A stretch of 64,000 bases of DNA from the human T2T-CHM13v2.0 reference genome, Homo sapiens (GCF_009914755.1 NC_060927.1); one strand, 5' to 3'; positions 31,487 to 51,815 are shown, numbered from the stretch's first letter. Notes: generated by a model not told the origin, from the letters alone. Program-made: numbers and translations.

Positions 31487-31913
31487 AAATGAATAAAACC
31501 AGATCCTATTTCTCACCATATACAAAAGGCAACTCAAAATGGACTGAGACTTAAATGTACAACCCCAAACTATCAAACTACTAGAAGAAACAAGGGGGAA
31601 ATGCTACAGACATTGAACTGGTTAAAGATGTTTTCGTTAAGACCTCAAAAGCAAAATAAACAAATGGGATTGCACCAACTAAAAAGTTTGTGCACAACAA
31701 AAGAAGCAATCAACAGAATGAAGAGACAACCTACAGAATGGGAGAAAATATATGTAAATTATGTATCTGACAAGGGGTTAATATCCAGAATTTACAAGGA
31801 ACTTACACAATAGCAAGAAAACCCCAAATAGTCTGATTAAAATGTGTGCAAAAATCCTGAATGGACATTTCTCCAAAGAGAAGAAACAAATGGCCAATAG
31901 GCATAAGAAAAAA
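31487..31913 (+). mobile_element. L1 ORF2 fragment, inverted relative to the adjacent L1MA 3' end
   Basis: ORF 31601..31813 [25 protein letters not shown]...[13 protein letters not shown] is the ORF2p C-terminal region. Confidence 0.88.
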
Positions 31914-33817
31914 CAGATTGGGATTTTTAGTTTTTCCTTCAACAGAGTTATGTGAATTTTCTGAATATCTATATTTTATTCCTTTTAGAAATATTTGAAC
32001 TTATAAGCAGCAAGTTGTTTTAAGTTTTAAATATATAAATGTATGTGTATGTGCTTGCAAACTTGCACAGTTGAGCATGTTTTACACTGCTCTTAAAAAT
32101 ATAAAATCTAGGACAGCTTAAAGGATATCTTTTAGCATGGACAATTTCTATGACACTCTTAACTTTTTTAATATACACACATTATCTATCCACTCTTTCA
32201 ATTAGAATTACTCACTAGAATCAAATACTAATCAGCAGCTTTACACATTTGTAAAATAACTGTCATTATTTGTAAGCCCTACCAAAAATTTTAGTGCTTT
32301 AATATATTCCCAAAGCTATTAGCACAATTACTAATTAGACTATTGGAGTGCTGGTTTGTGCACAGAAAGATAAAAGAGGATTTTATGAAGATACATTCCT
32401 TTTTGCTATTTTATAGTTCACATACTTTCAATTAAAAAAAGATTAGAGTAAAATGGGTTTCCCAATTATGAAAATTTTATACTGTAATAAAGAAGTGTAT
32501 TTAGAAAAGAAATTGTATTACCAAAGTCCTGCTTCAATATAAATAGAAAAGTGGATAATGGGACATTTTGGTGTGTTGCATAAAATTATATTGTGTGATT
32601 GCAGTCAAAGAGAAGAGGTATACTGGCCTCTTCTAAATATAGTTTATGATATAGACATATGTGTCTCTTTGTAAGATAAAGTCAGAAACATTTGACTCCA
32701 CTATAGAGTCACCCTGCATTTCTGTAAAAAATGATACTTTCGGAATTATTTATCTTCTTTTCACTAAAAGAATTTTTCCCATGACTCAATTCAGTTTCAT
32801 AATATACAATGATTCTGACATTCTGTTGGGTTTGAAATGGCATTACTGTATATTACCAGCTTAAAATTAGCTTACTGTCAGTCTGTTAGCGGGATGCTGT
32901 GAGGATATCACTGAAACCAGAGATGCACTAGGGAAGTACTAAATGTTTTGATTTTTTTTTTCTTATTGCTGCTGTGTTATTACCTCCAACACAGATATTA
33001 GTCAAAGATTAAGAAATGTCAACCTTTTATCATCAATCCATATGTTATCAAATTTAAGTTCTAAAAGTAGTATGATGATAAATCATTAAAGTCATAATAC
33101 ATACAGATGAGGTACACCCGCGAGCATTTGGTTATTATAAAAATAGGGGAAGAAATATTTCATTTGTTATAGTTTTATTACAGTTTTATTTAATAACTGT
33201 TTAAAGAAAAAGCAAAGGGCTAACTGAGCACTCAAGTTACTATGAATTGTATTAATTCTGGATTTATGACTTTGAGACTCAATTTTGTCTGATAGCTGTT
33301 AACACTACCTAAGCCACAAATACCAGTCTCTTCATTCATTTATGCCATTATTTATTTCAAAAATAAGTTTTCTTTTATTTTTAACAATCTACTGAATTTC
33401 AACTAAAGGAATCATGCTTCCAAGTGTCTAATAGTTACATACAAAGAAATAATTTTGTATGTTAATAATTTAAAATTATTGTGAATATTATTCAAGATGT
33501 TATATATTATAGATATTTAAAAGAGCAATTTGGAAGAACAGAAGAGAGCTTTAACTCTACATTCACTATTTAAGAACGTTAAATCACAAAACAATATAGA
33601 GATAATATTAATATTTGTGGCATTGGTTGATTAGCCAATGTCTACATGTTATTAATCATATTTTTTCTAGCACTACCATCATTTAATGTTTTCAACAAAT
33701 GCACTATATGTTAGGGTGCTCTAGTTATGTATCAAAAGAGCAACGGTTTTGCAGAATATTGATTGGTGCCAGACACTAAACCTTTACAGATGAATTAGAG
33801 TACCTTCTTATTGACTA

Positions 33818-34560
<743 letters not shown>

Positions 34561-34974
34561 ACTATGATATGGGAGAGTGTTAGTAGTATATGCTAGAGTC
34601 ACTTTGCAACTCTCCTAATTTTGAAGTTTTTTTTCACTTTTCTTTAGAGACAATTTGTGCTGATTTTTTGTACAATTACTAATGTTAATAATTTTTAATT
34701 AGGGACTATAATTTCATTGAGCATGTTTTTATAATGGTTATTAAGTAAAACTATAAATCAACATTTGAAAATCTCAAAATTCAGAGAAAAACAACAACTT
34801 TCCATACATAGGAAATTTATATATTGATCAAGTAAATGCTATTTTTTCTTACTCTATTTTGCAGCAAATAATAAATTATTCACATACTTAGAATCCTGAA
34901 ATTATTCTAAGTACTGTATAAGAGTAATTTAACTTAACTTTTGTTAATTTCCATGAAGAAATACTTATTGAACA

Positions 34975-35510
34975 TAATAAGGTGACATCATATTTAATGT
35001 TGAAATAAAATATTTTGCTCAAGTTTGGGAACTAGGAAAAGATGTCCAGTCTCATATCTTTTATACTATCACTTATGCTGGAGTTCCTGGAAAGTGAAAT
35101 GAGGCAAGAAAAAGACTCATAGATTAAGGTTTTAAAACATATTTTAAAATATAAAATTATTTATTTGGGGATGGCTTAATTTTATACACCAACAATATAA
35201 ATAATATGCAAAAATGTTATCAAAATTGTGAAGTTAATTTAGCAAGGTCAGAGGCCACAAGATCAATACAGTATTAAAAATCAGTTGCACTTATATACCT
35301 CAGCATCAATCGACTGAATATAAAAACCATATATTTACAAAAGCATAGAAACAGAAAAAATTGATAAAGTGCAAGAACTTTACACCAAAAATTTTAAAAT
35401 CTCTCAGAGATTTTATTAAAATAATTTTAAGTGAAGAGACGTATCATGTGCTTTTGATGAAAGGTTCAAATTCATCAAAAATATTTAATATATAGAAAGA
35501 AACCTCAATC
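34975..35510 (+). mobile_element. Old L1 ORF2 (RT region) fragment
   Basis: ggaactaggaaaagatgtcc...gctggagttcctgg...gaggcaagaaaaag...tttagcaaggtcagaggccacaagatcaat. Confidence 0.75.
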
Positions 35511-35660
35511 AACCCACCTGGTATACTCAGAAAACATTAAAAATTTCTCAAGTGTTCACTTAACCAAAAAATCTGACAATATTGAATAATAAGATGGTTC
35601 TCTAGTATATGAGTTTGATAACTCAGTCTGTGTTACTGGATTTCAAGGAATTTTAAAACA

Positions 35661-36466
35661 TTTATTTATTTATTTTTCCCTTCAACTTTTTTTTTTAAAT
35701 ATACTTTAAGTTCTAGGGTACATATGCACAAGGTGCAGGTTTGTTACATATGTATACATGTGCTGTGTTGGTGTGCTGTACCCATTAACTGGTCATTTAC
35801 ATTAGGTATATCTCCTAATGCTATGCCTCCCCGCTCCCCCCACTGCACGACAGGCCCTGGTATATGATGTTCCCTACCCTGTGTCCATGTCTTCTTATTG
35901 TTCAATTCCCACCTATGAGTGAGAACATGCGGTGTTTGGTTTTCTGTCCTTGTGATAATTTGCTCAGAGTGATGGTGTCCAACTTCATCCATATCCCTGC
36001 AAAGGACATGAACTCATCCTTTTTTATGGCTGCATAGTATTCCATGGTGTATATGTGCCACATTTTCTTAATCTAGTCTATCATTGATGGGCATTTGGGT
36101 TGGTTCTAAGTCTTTGCTATTGTGAATAATGACACAATAAACATACGTCTGCATGTGTCTTTATAGCAGCATGATTTATAATCCTTTGTGTATATACCCA
36201 GTAATGGGATGGCTGGGTCAAATGGTATTTCTAGTTCTGGATCCTTGAGAAATTGCTGCACTGTCTTCCACAATGGCTGAACTAGTTTACAGTCTCACCA
36301 ATAGTGTAAAAGTGTTCCTATTTCTCCACATCCTCTCCAACACCTGTTGTTTCCTAACTTTTTAATGATCGCCATTTTAACTGGTGTGAGATGGTATTTC
36401 ATTGTGGTTTTGATTTGCATTTCTCTGATGGCCAGTGGTGATGAGCATTTTTTCATGTGTCTGTTG
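35661..36466 (-). mobile_element. 5'-truncated L1PA (about L1PA5-6) 3' end
   Basis: tatactttaagttctagggtacat... L1PA 3' UTR with T-rich tail; truncated at tttcatgtgtctgttg. Confidence 0.95.
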
Positions 36467-36469
36467 ATT

Positions 36470-38680
<2,211 letters not shown>

Positions 38681-38683
38681 TAT

Positions 38684-40912
38684 TTCCAGTTTTAGCTTTG
38701 ACAAGTAGAGAGCTTAGAAGTTATCATATCTATCTTCACAATAAGAAAAAAAAAATGAACAAACTGAAAATCAACTTCTTTTCTTAGATCTTTCAGAGAA
38801 TTGAGGTCACAGACAAACTATCACTCAAAAAACTGGAAAGAAAGGTAAATATAGGAAATTACACAGCACAGATCGGATTACCTGGAGGAAAAGCCATTGG
38901 AGCCAGTAACTAGTAGGAGCATTTAAATAGCAATCAATAAATGCAAGAGGATAATTATGTGGCACCTTAAAGTTAAAAACTGCTTGAGGCTCCTGCCTTA
39001 AGGAGAGTCCACACTTTTGTACATTTTACTTTCAGGAGCCTCAGTAAGTTCTCACGTGAAAATCAGAGAAAAACTCTCATGTGCATCAAGCAAGAATATG
39101 GTATGTGTAACTATGTTGAAATAAGCACAGAACATTCTCCATAACAAAGGCTGGTACACAAGAGAAACTATGAGAGCTTTGCCTTACCTGAGAAAAGGAC
39201 AATCAGAAAACTCGTTCATTCTAGCTCCCCTGTCTCACCCAAATGGAGAAAAAAGAGTCAAAGAAAGGCTTTTCTGAAAGTCACAGCCCAGGAACTTGGA
39301 CTCACTGAAATTTTGAGTTTTATAATAAGTGTATAGAAAACTTTCCCCAACACCTTACTACCGCATCAATAGGGCTCTAGTATATAGCAGTAGATTACAA
39401 CTAAGAAGCTGTAAGACACAGACATCATTTAAGAAGTCATTAGGAACATCTAAAGACAATAGGGAGAAAAAAAGAAGAAATTACAAAAAAATTGGAACCA
39501 CTGGCACCTACAACTATAGCAACCATTAAACTACTGCCAGCTACATTCTGTCCAGTTTTCAACAAAAAATTATAAGGCACATTAAAAACCAAGAAAAATC
39601 AAAGCCTGAAGGGATACAACAATCATCAGAATGAAACTCAAATATGAAACAGATTTTAAAATAATCATATAGGAAATTTTAATTACTATAATTAATATGT
39701 TGAGGGCTCTAATGGAAAACAGCAGAAAACATCTGAGAATAAATGAGTAATACGAGCTATGAAATTCATAGAACGATTCAAAAATAAATTCTAAAACTTA
39801 AAGACACTGTAACTGCAATAAAGAATACCTTAGTGGGCTCATCAGTAGCCTGGACATGGATAACGTAAGAAATAGTTGAAGAGGGGTCAATAAAATCTTT
39901 CAAAACTAAAATGCAAAGAGAAAAGGAATGGGGAAAAAAAAACCTCAGAATATCCAAGAACTGTGGAACAATTTTAAAATGTGTAACATAAATATATTTG
40001 AAAATGACATACCACAAGAAGAGAAAGAGTAGATATAATAGAATAAATAAATAAAGCAAAAATAATTGAGCATTGTTCAGAATTAATAACAGATACAAAA
40101 CCACATATCTAGGAAGCTTAGAGAACACCACAGATAAATACCAAAGAACTACAACTAAGCATATCATATTCCAACTGCAGAAAACACAAATAAAATAATT
40201 TTTGAAAGAAGCCTGAGCAAAAAAAAAAAAAAAAAAAAAAAATTACCTCTACAGGAACAAGGAAAATGTTCCATTACAGTTTTTATATAATTCTACGAAA
40301 GCAACAAGAGAGTAAAGTAAAATATTTAAAGCACTGAAAGAAAAAACAAAATACTGACCTAGAATTCTGTAGCCAGCAAAGTTACCTTTCAAATATGAAG
40401 GAGATATAAAGATTTTTCTCTGAGAAAATCTGAGAAAATTTTGTACCAGTAAACCTGCCTTGCAAGAAATGTTAAAAGAAACTGTTCAGAGAGGAAAAAA
40501 ATATGTCAGAAACTTGGATCTATATAAAAATGGGGAAAAAGTTGGAGAAAGAATAAAGTTAAAATTAAAAAAGCATTAATTTTTTAAATTCATAATTGAT
40601 CTCATAGAAAACTGTTTGAAGTAATAATAACAACAAGGTATTTTGGATTATGTCCTATGGCTGGATTAGTATAATTAATGATAGCAATATTAAGATGGAT
40701 AGAAGGGAGGAATTTGTAAAACTCTATTGCAAGGTGCCTGCAGTTACTCTGAAGAGGTACAGTATTATTTGACCCTTTAAATATGGATATTAAAATAATT
40801 TATCATCACTCTACAGTAATTTATGGATTCAACAGGCAGAAAATGAGTAAAGATATAGTTGAACAAACAGCACCATTAATCAACTGGATGTAATTGACAT
40901 TTATAGAATACT
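38684..40912 (+). mobile_element. L1M (L1MC/MD-type) 5' UTR + ORF1 + ORF2-start relic, lacking a 3' end
   Basis: L1M 5' terminus ttccagttttagc; ORF1-like cctagaattctgtagccagcaaagttacctttcaaatatgaagg; ORF2 EN-like cagaaaatgagtaaagatatag...attgacatttatagaatact. Confidence 0.8.
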
Positions 40913-40914
40913 TC

Positions 40915-42510
40915 TTACATTTGATTTATTTAATATATATGTATATGCTTATCTTGGGAGTTGACTTTAATAGTTTACATATTTCAAGTAATTTGTTCAT
41001 TTCACTAAGTTTTCTATGTATTGGCATAACATTTATAATCTTTTATTCTTTTAATATCTTAGAGATGTCTTCTCATTCATAAAATTGAGCATTTGTGTCT
41101 CCTTTCCTTTTTCTAATTTCTTGAGTATCTGAGACCTTTGCTTGAGATCTTTCATTTTTTAATATAGATACAATTGCTGTAGATTTTTCTCTAAGTACCT
41201 CCTTTTTTGTAGCTGCATCTTACAAATTTTGATATGGTGTGTTGTAATTTTCATTCGGTTCCAAATTATTTGAAATTATACTTCTATTTCTTAATTGACC
41301 TATTGATCATGTAGAAGCAGCTTAAGTCTATTATTTTTGAAAATTTTCCAGTTATTTTTTCATTATTGATGACATTGTGGTCAGATACTTTGATTGCTTG
41401 AATCTTTTAAAATCCATTGAAATATTTATGGCACAGAATATGGTCTATTTATGTGCACTTAAAAAGATTTTCTATTCTGCTGTTGTTGGGTGAAGTATGC
41501 TGCAAATGTCCATTAGGTAAAGTTGATTAATAGTGTTGTTTAGATCTCCTGTATCTTCACTAATTTTATCTCTGCTAGTTTTATAAAATACTGAGAAAAT
41601 GGTTTTGAAATCTGAAACTCCAATTTTGAATTTGCCTTTTTCTCCTTACAGCTTATCAGTTTTTGTATCAAGTATTTTGAAGCTCTGATATTGGCTGCAT
41701 ATGTGTTTAGAATTATATCTTACTGATGTATAAACCTCTTTTTCATTATGAAATGACACAATTTAAAAATCATAGTAACACTCTTTTATCTGAAACCTGC
41801 TTTATCTGATATTAATGTGAGTACTCCAGTTTTCTTTTAATTAGTACATGCATGATATATTATATTCTGTCCTTTTACATAGAACCTATTTTTATTTTTC
41901 TATTTAAAGTGAGTTGTTTTTTGGTAGGTGATATACAGTTGAATCACTATTTAAATATTTAAATATACCATCTTTTTATTGGTTTTCTATTTTCCTATCT
42001 ATTCTTTGTTTCATTTTCATCCATTTTTTAAGGATAATTGGGTACTTTTTATGATTCTATTTTATCACATTTATTGGCTTATAAGACATAATTCTTTATT
42101 TTTTCATACTTATTTTCAAGTATATATATTTAACTTATCACATCTTCCTATGAAATATATACATAAAATATTAATATTGAAACAATATTATATTTATTCC
42201 GTGAACCAAAATATTTATACTTCTCCCTCCCACCCTTTATACTAGTGTTGTGTTTCAAAGTTTTTTACTATATGAAGTTATTAACACCACAAAATATGGT
42301 TGGTATATGCTTTTTAACATTTACTGTCTTATAATAAATTTTAACTGCTTAAAAAAGAGTCTTTACATTGATTTCTATAGTTTCCGTACCCTCACATTTT
42401 TTTCATTTCAGATATCATAGTTTTCACTGCTGGAAATTTGATTTTTTTTGTATGCTAGTGGTTTTACTTAACATACTCAATTTTTTCTTCATCTTCTTGG
42501 ATATATTGGA
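40915..42510 (-). mobile_element. Old L1M relic (part 2, continuing 36470-38680)
   Basis: Antisense ORF2 5' region, e.g. tggcacagaatatggtcta; colinear with 20700-22100. Confidence 0.72.
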
Positions 42511-42511
42511 T

Positions 42512-42816
42512 AGCTGGAAACCATCATTCTCAGCAAACTATCGCAAGGACAAAAAAGCAAACACCGCATGTTCTCCCTCATAGGTGGGAATTAAACAATG
42601 AGAACACATGGACACAGAGAGGGGAACATCACACACCGGGGCCTGTTGTGGGGTGGGGGTTGGGGGGGATAGTATTTGGAGATATACCTAATGTTAAATG
42701 ACCAGTTAATGGGTGCAGCACACCACCATGGCACATGTATACATATGTAACTAACCTGCACGTTGTGCACATGTACCCTAAAACTTAAAGTATAACAATA
42801 AAAAAAAAGAAAAAAA
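42512..42816 (+). mobile_element. L1PA (about L1PA4) 3' end with poly(A)
   Basis: agctggaaaccatcattctcagcaaactatcgcaaggac...gtaccctaaaacttaaagtataacaataaaaaaa. Confidence 0.97.
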
Positions 42817-42817
42817 T

Positions 42818-45874
<3,057 letters not shown>

Positions 45875-46249
45875 CATTCTACTGGGGTTCTTTAAAGTGT
45901 TAGGTTAAAACTGTTCTCTATTACGCTCTGTTTATCCCAAATGAAAATACTATCTTGTAAATTTTATTTGTTTATTTGTCGAGTTTTCTAGTTTAAAAAC
46001 AAAGAAAAGTCTCCAAAATAAGATTTTAATCTCCAGTATGCTACTCCAATGTATTTAAACCTTTCTATTTGTGAACTGAATTCTTCTTTGGGTTTCATGG
46101 CAAACAGTACAAATTGTTGAATAACCTTAGACTTCTTTTCTTCTTTTCACATGATCTCTCTCACTCATTTCATATTGGCCAGAAATCAATGTATGTTAGG
46201 TGTTGATTTTATGGAAGTTTAAATGTTTTCCTAGTATTTCCTGTACCTG

Positions 46250-46852
46250 CACTTTCATGGATGTGATCTGCTCCTGGTCAATATGACTTGAAGAGAAGAT
46301 TATATGAGAGCTTATGGGAAAAATGGTGTTCCCCAGTAAAATTAGATGCATAGTTTATAAGTCGATACTCTCCAACTTCTTTCTTTCAGCAATACTTATG
46401 TGTGAGCATGATGCTGGCAGAAGCTGTGGATATCTTGAAATACTAATAAGACAAACATGAGATAAACAGAAAAACATGAAGATAACAGAGTTGAGAATTG
46501 CAAAAAACTGGTGTTCTTGCCGAATTTGTTACATTATTAAATTAATCATCTTTTGATTAGCAATGCTTGTACTTGCTGTCATATCAAAACCCAATTACAA
46601 AAACCCATTTATTTAAACTTGATCACCAAGAGGGTAACTGTGAATGATTCCAGAGTTGATAAGACATTAGTATTCTCAGTCCTTCATGTGTCAGGCTTGG
46701 TACTGGAATGGTAGAGTATTCCAACCACAAGTAGTCTTGTCGTAATTAAGAGTAAAAAGTGCAACAGCTAATCCATACACATAGTTACTCATGGTTTAAA
46801 CCATATTATCTTGGTATTTTGTTATATGCAACTAGAAACATCAGACTAGACA
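46250..46852 (+). mobile_element. MLT1 (J/K-like) LTR relic
   Basis: gcatgatgctggcagaagctgtggatatcttg and the end gtttaaacca...tattttgttatatgcaactagaaacatc. Confidence 0.5.
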
Positions 46853-46884
46853 TGTCCTTGTATATTGTAATATCATGATTAGAT

Positions 46885-47010
46885 CACAATATAATTGTCT
46901 CTCGATTATAAACTCATGGAAGACAGAAATCTTGTCTTAATTCTCAATATTTTTATATGCTTATCACATTCTATGTACCATGATTTTGATATGCATGATA
47001 AATTCAATGG
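46885..47010 (+). mobile_element. L2 3' tail relic
   Basis: gattataaactcatggaagacagaaatcttgtctt. Confidence 0.5.
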
Positions 47011-47797
47011 TGAACAACCCATAGGCCCTGTCATTAGGGAGTTACATTTAATTGCTATAAATCTTATGTGTCTTCCAATGAGCTTAGGGAACATTGATGT
47101 TTCATCATGATAATATATTGAGTATTGCAACATTAGTTGTTTAACATGAATTATAACAAAATAAAAGGGTTGCCTATAGCAAGAACATATATTACCCTAA
47201 AATAAAAATCAAGCACCTATGTCATCTCTGATATTGTAGGTATCAATATTTAATTCATATTCTCATAAAATCATATTTAATTAAATATGCAATTATTTTT
47301 AAAAGTTCTGAAGAGAAAATAACTGAATAATATTTTACCAAATTTTTTTCTTATTGCATGTGACTAAAAAGTTTTATTTAAACAACAGATTTGACGACAA
47401 ATAGTTTCAAAATCACTGATTAAGCCAGGTGAAAACAAGCATAATATATGAACCTAATACTGTTAAATTGTCTGAAATTAGAGTATTTGGTTGGACAAAT
47501 ATAAACAAGGTTATATAAAGTGACATAATGTTAAGAAGAATTAATTTCTAAAAGGCTTCTCTTAGGAAAAAATACCTCTTCTAATCTTAAAGACCAACAA
47601 CATATTCTCATTAGCTAAATACATCTTATTAAGATAAAAAGCATGTTTTTGCTTTTATTATAATGAGTCTTTTCTATGTGGGATTCATTTTACTATGATA
47701 TGGGATAGAGAGAATTTTCATATGGAGTATAATTTAGAACTCGTACATGATGCTAATTTTCTTATCTTAATGGAAACGATAATAATTTTTAGAAGTG

Positions 47798-48463
47798 TAT
47801 GTTGAGCATCACTAATCCAAAAATTCAAAATCTAAAATGCTTCAAAATCAGAAACTTTTTAAGTGCTGATATGATGCCACAAGTGAAAAATTCTACACGT
47901 GACCACATATAATGGGTTGTACTCAAAAGGCAAAATACATCTTATTCAGTGTTCCCAAGGGAAAAAAGACCTTCCCAACCCCCTTCAGTTCTGATATATC
48001 TGTTCTGTGTATGCCTATATTCCTCCACTCAAGCACACTCACAGAGGATAATAAAATGGCATATGTGCAGGCTGAACACACCAAGTTCCCCACAAAGCCT
48101 CACATGGGGCCAAGACCAATGTATACTATTCATTGTGTTTTTCTGCTTATTCTATGTGTGGTGATATAAAGACACTATCAAAAGTGTCACAAAAGCCTGC
48201 AGATATCTCTATGGGTAATAATGATAAGAAAAGTAGAAAGAAAAGTATTTATGTTTATTTTTAGCACAGATAATTTTCCCACAATTAAGCTTCTGGGAAA
48301 ACTGGACTGCAGTGAAAATGTGTGTAAGATATATATGAAACATAAATTAATTTCATGTTTAGACTTGGGTCCCGTATCTAAGATAGCATGTTATGTACAT
48401 GCAAATACTGCAAAATCAAAAAAAAAAAACTCCAAGTATTTCAGATAAGGAATATTAAACCTG
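47798..48463. mobile_element. Tigger4/MER46 (TcMar-Tigger) internal-deletion derivative
   Basis: gttgagcatcactaatccaaaaattcaaaatctaaaatgc left end; ccaagtatttcagataaggaatattaaacctg|ta right end with TA. Confidence 0.85.
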
Positions 48464-48477
48464 TATCAGTGTCATAA

Positions 48478-49024
<547 letters not shown>

Positions 49025-49596
49025 TCATTTGATTTCTCTTCAGTGTATGATATATTTATTCAAGTATTCATTTGTCCTTTATTATTTCACTAAGAATATT
49101 GTAGAGATTAGAGTTGAATGTGTAGGAATCAATTTATCAACTTGAACCAGAAGGTCAGAAAAATAAATTTTGAAGGAAAAAGTTATTTTATTAAGAAATA
49201 ATAATAAGATAAATGATATCATAATTATTCATTATGATACTATATTTATAATAAATAACATAATTAGACCTTCTTATAAAAATATTTTTTAAGTATGAAG
49301 ATATTAGAAACTAGTGACAGTATCTGCATTCTATACTTAAAAACAAAACAAATGAGAGAGATACTGATAGACTTTTTACTGCAATTGTGGGGGAAAAGAT
49401 AGATACGTTATTATTGACTATAATGACAAAAATATGTATTTTTTATGGACTGTCATTTAACATTCTTTATGTGGTCTATGGATATAGAAATAACTCCCCT
49501 CATCACCAGTGCTATCATACGTGTTCTTACAAATTGAATAAATTTTGTTTCTTCAATGTCATCACATGACAGATTATTACTAGGTATATGAAAATA

Positions 49597-49655
49597 TTAG
49601 GTTGGTGCAAAAATAATTGTCGTTTTTGCCATTACTTTCAGTGGCATATAACTAA
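49597..49655. mobile_element. MADE1 mariner MITE with partly deleted right TIR
   Basis: ta|ttaggttggtgcaaaaataattgtcgtttttgccattactttcagtggca...actaa|ta. Confidence 0.88.
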
Positions 49656-49674
49656 TACGTTATACACCATTTTT

Positions 49675-50075
49675 AAGGGTGCTAACTTGAAAGTGGTGAC
49701 ATTTGAAGAGAAATATGAGTGGTGAGAAGGAAGTAAACAAAAATAAGAAGCTTATTCTTACCTTGGGTCATTTGTATTATGCTTACTGAACTCTTCTCCC
49801 AAGACTTTGCCTCTTTATTTATTTTTCAGAAACAAGATAAAACCTGTAGATAAGATTTTGCAACTTAAAACAGTAGTGGGATATTTGTATGGAGAAGTAA
49901 CCAGGGAAGAGATTTTACCAATCCTTATAAACCATGGTAAGAACATTTATGACATTCTTATTGTAATAGGACTTTAATCAGAAAAATAATTTTTTTAAAA
50001 AGGATAACTTTTCCTGATGTATGAAAAGCACACCATAATAGAACAAAATGGAACCAGAAGAAGACATTCAAATCT
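49675..50075 (-). mobile_element. L2 relic
   Basis: gtggtgacatttgaagagaaatatga and ccttataaaccatggtaagaacattt antisense L2 motifs. Confidence 0.55.
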
Positions 50076-51679
50076 TTCAGAACATGAATATTTTATATTG
50101 GATTTACTAGCTTCAGAACCTAAAATGGGAGTTGTTTGTAAAGATTTCTTGAAAGAGCACTACCAGGAGAAACAGGGAGGAGGGAAGCAGAATTGAAGGT
50201 GGGGATGAAGCTCCTTAAAACTGTGGTTTGAGGTGAGGTCTGGCTTTATTCTGATCTTACATGGAGCTCCAGTGTCTTTCCCACCTTCAGATAGGGGAAG
50301 GGCAATTTGTAGCCCCTTGCAGGGAGTCAGTCACTGCACCAGGAAATAATTGAACACAAACCATCATGCATAGGGGAGGGGCATAACTGCCAGGCACCTC
50401 CAGGAAAGGTGGTCCCAATTTCCCAGTGATTATTGTCTAGTAAAGCTGAGAGGTCATTAGTCGAAGCACCTACAGCAGCAAGAATGTTGGGTTAGTGAAA
50501 GAACTGGTCAATAATCCAACAGGATAACAAAGTAAGCTCAATAAAAGGACCACCTTTGATTTTTATCCTATAACTGTTATTAGGCAATAATGAAGTATGC
50601 ATTTATAAATCAGTAACAATTTTCTATTAGAACAAATATCTTTATGTCAGGAAATTAATAGAAATGCCACTATTTAATCTTAAGACTTGTTTGCATGGCT
50701 CTCTAGAAACATATGATCAAAATTGCCAGTTGGTCATGCTAACCATCAATTTTTTTGTTGTATTAAATAAAATTTGTGATTCTACTAAACTAGATTACAA
50801 ACAAAAGTACATATTAATATGTAATTATAGAAAAATGTTTTCATAAAGCTGTAATGTACTATGTTCTCAGATGTTAACAGAAGCTATATAAGAATTCAAT
50901 AAATGAAATATTGATGAAGATGTCTTAAACTCTGACTAAAATTACAAATAAAATTAATACAGAATACTAACCTTTGAGTTTAGTGAAAAGGTAACAGTGT
51001 TTGTCTATTCTGAAAAATAAATATGCTGATTAAAACTGATAATAGCATCTACATAATCTACTAATTTTCCTTTTGCTATGGCTGTTAGAAAACCTGGAAA
51101 AAATGAGTAAAGCAAAGTATGCTTGAGTTTGGTTTCTAACACTAATTATCCCCCCTTCATCTTTTCTCATATAATTCTTAAGTCTTATTATTGTAATAAC
51201 AAGCAGGTTTTTAAATGCATTTTATTCTGAATTTATGACAACCTTATTAGCTAAAAAACATAAGAGACACTATAAATAATGCTCAGTATGTTACATTAGA
51301 AAATTTTATTGTGAAATTCTGGAAATTGCAGGGACACACAGACAGTAAAAATTAAATTTCTATACATAACCTGGTTTTAAATAGAGTCAAAGTGAGTAAT
51401 TAAAAAGGTACAATGATTAGTTTCCAGTTCTCAAGTTCAATGTGCTGTACGTGATACAACTATAGTACAATTCAGAATTATAATAGCTCTGCTTTCCATA
51501 AGTCATTCTGTTGCAGAGAGATATATTTATAAAAAAATACATTTATTTAAGTATGTCATTTTCAGTAAGTAATACAATTTGGTAAGCATAAATTAGCTCA
51601 TTTTTGCCTTGTATGTTTAAAATATGATTGGACTAGATATTTATGAGTTCAAGTTATTAAAATATTGAGATCAAGATAA

Positions 51680-51815
51680 AAAATGAAATGTAAACTAGAG
51701 GATCAGAATCATAACATTTGTTCTAGGTTTCAGCTCTTCACTTAGTAGACTAATGATTTTGAAATTTTTGCTCAGTTTCTCAGATGCCAATATCCTCATA
51801 TGTAATAATTCAAGA
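51680..51815 (+). mobile_element. MIR relic
   Basis: ttctaggtttcagctcttcacttagtag...tttctcagatgccaatatcctcatatgtaa. Confidence 0.5.

Noticed and set aside
36085-36125. Shared variant ggttctaag in both L1PA copies (also ~42955), suggesting gene conversion
   Set aside because: A single C>T transition; many other positions differ between the copies.
42638-42668. G-quadruplex-capable G runs
   Set aside because: Normal feature of the L1PA 3' UTR.
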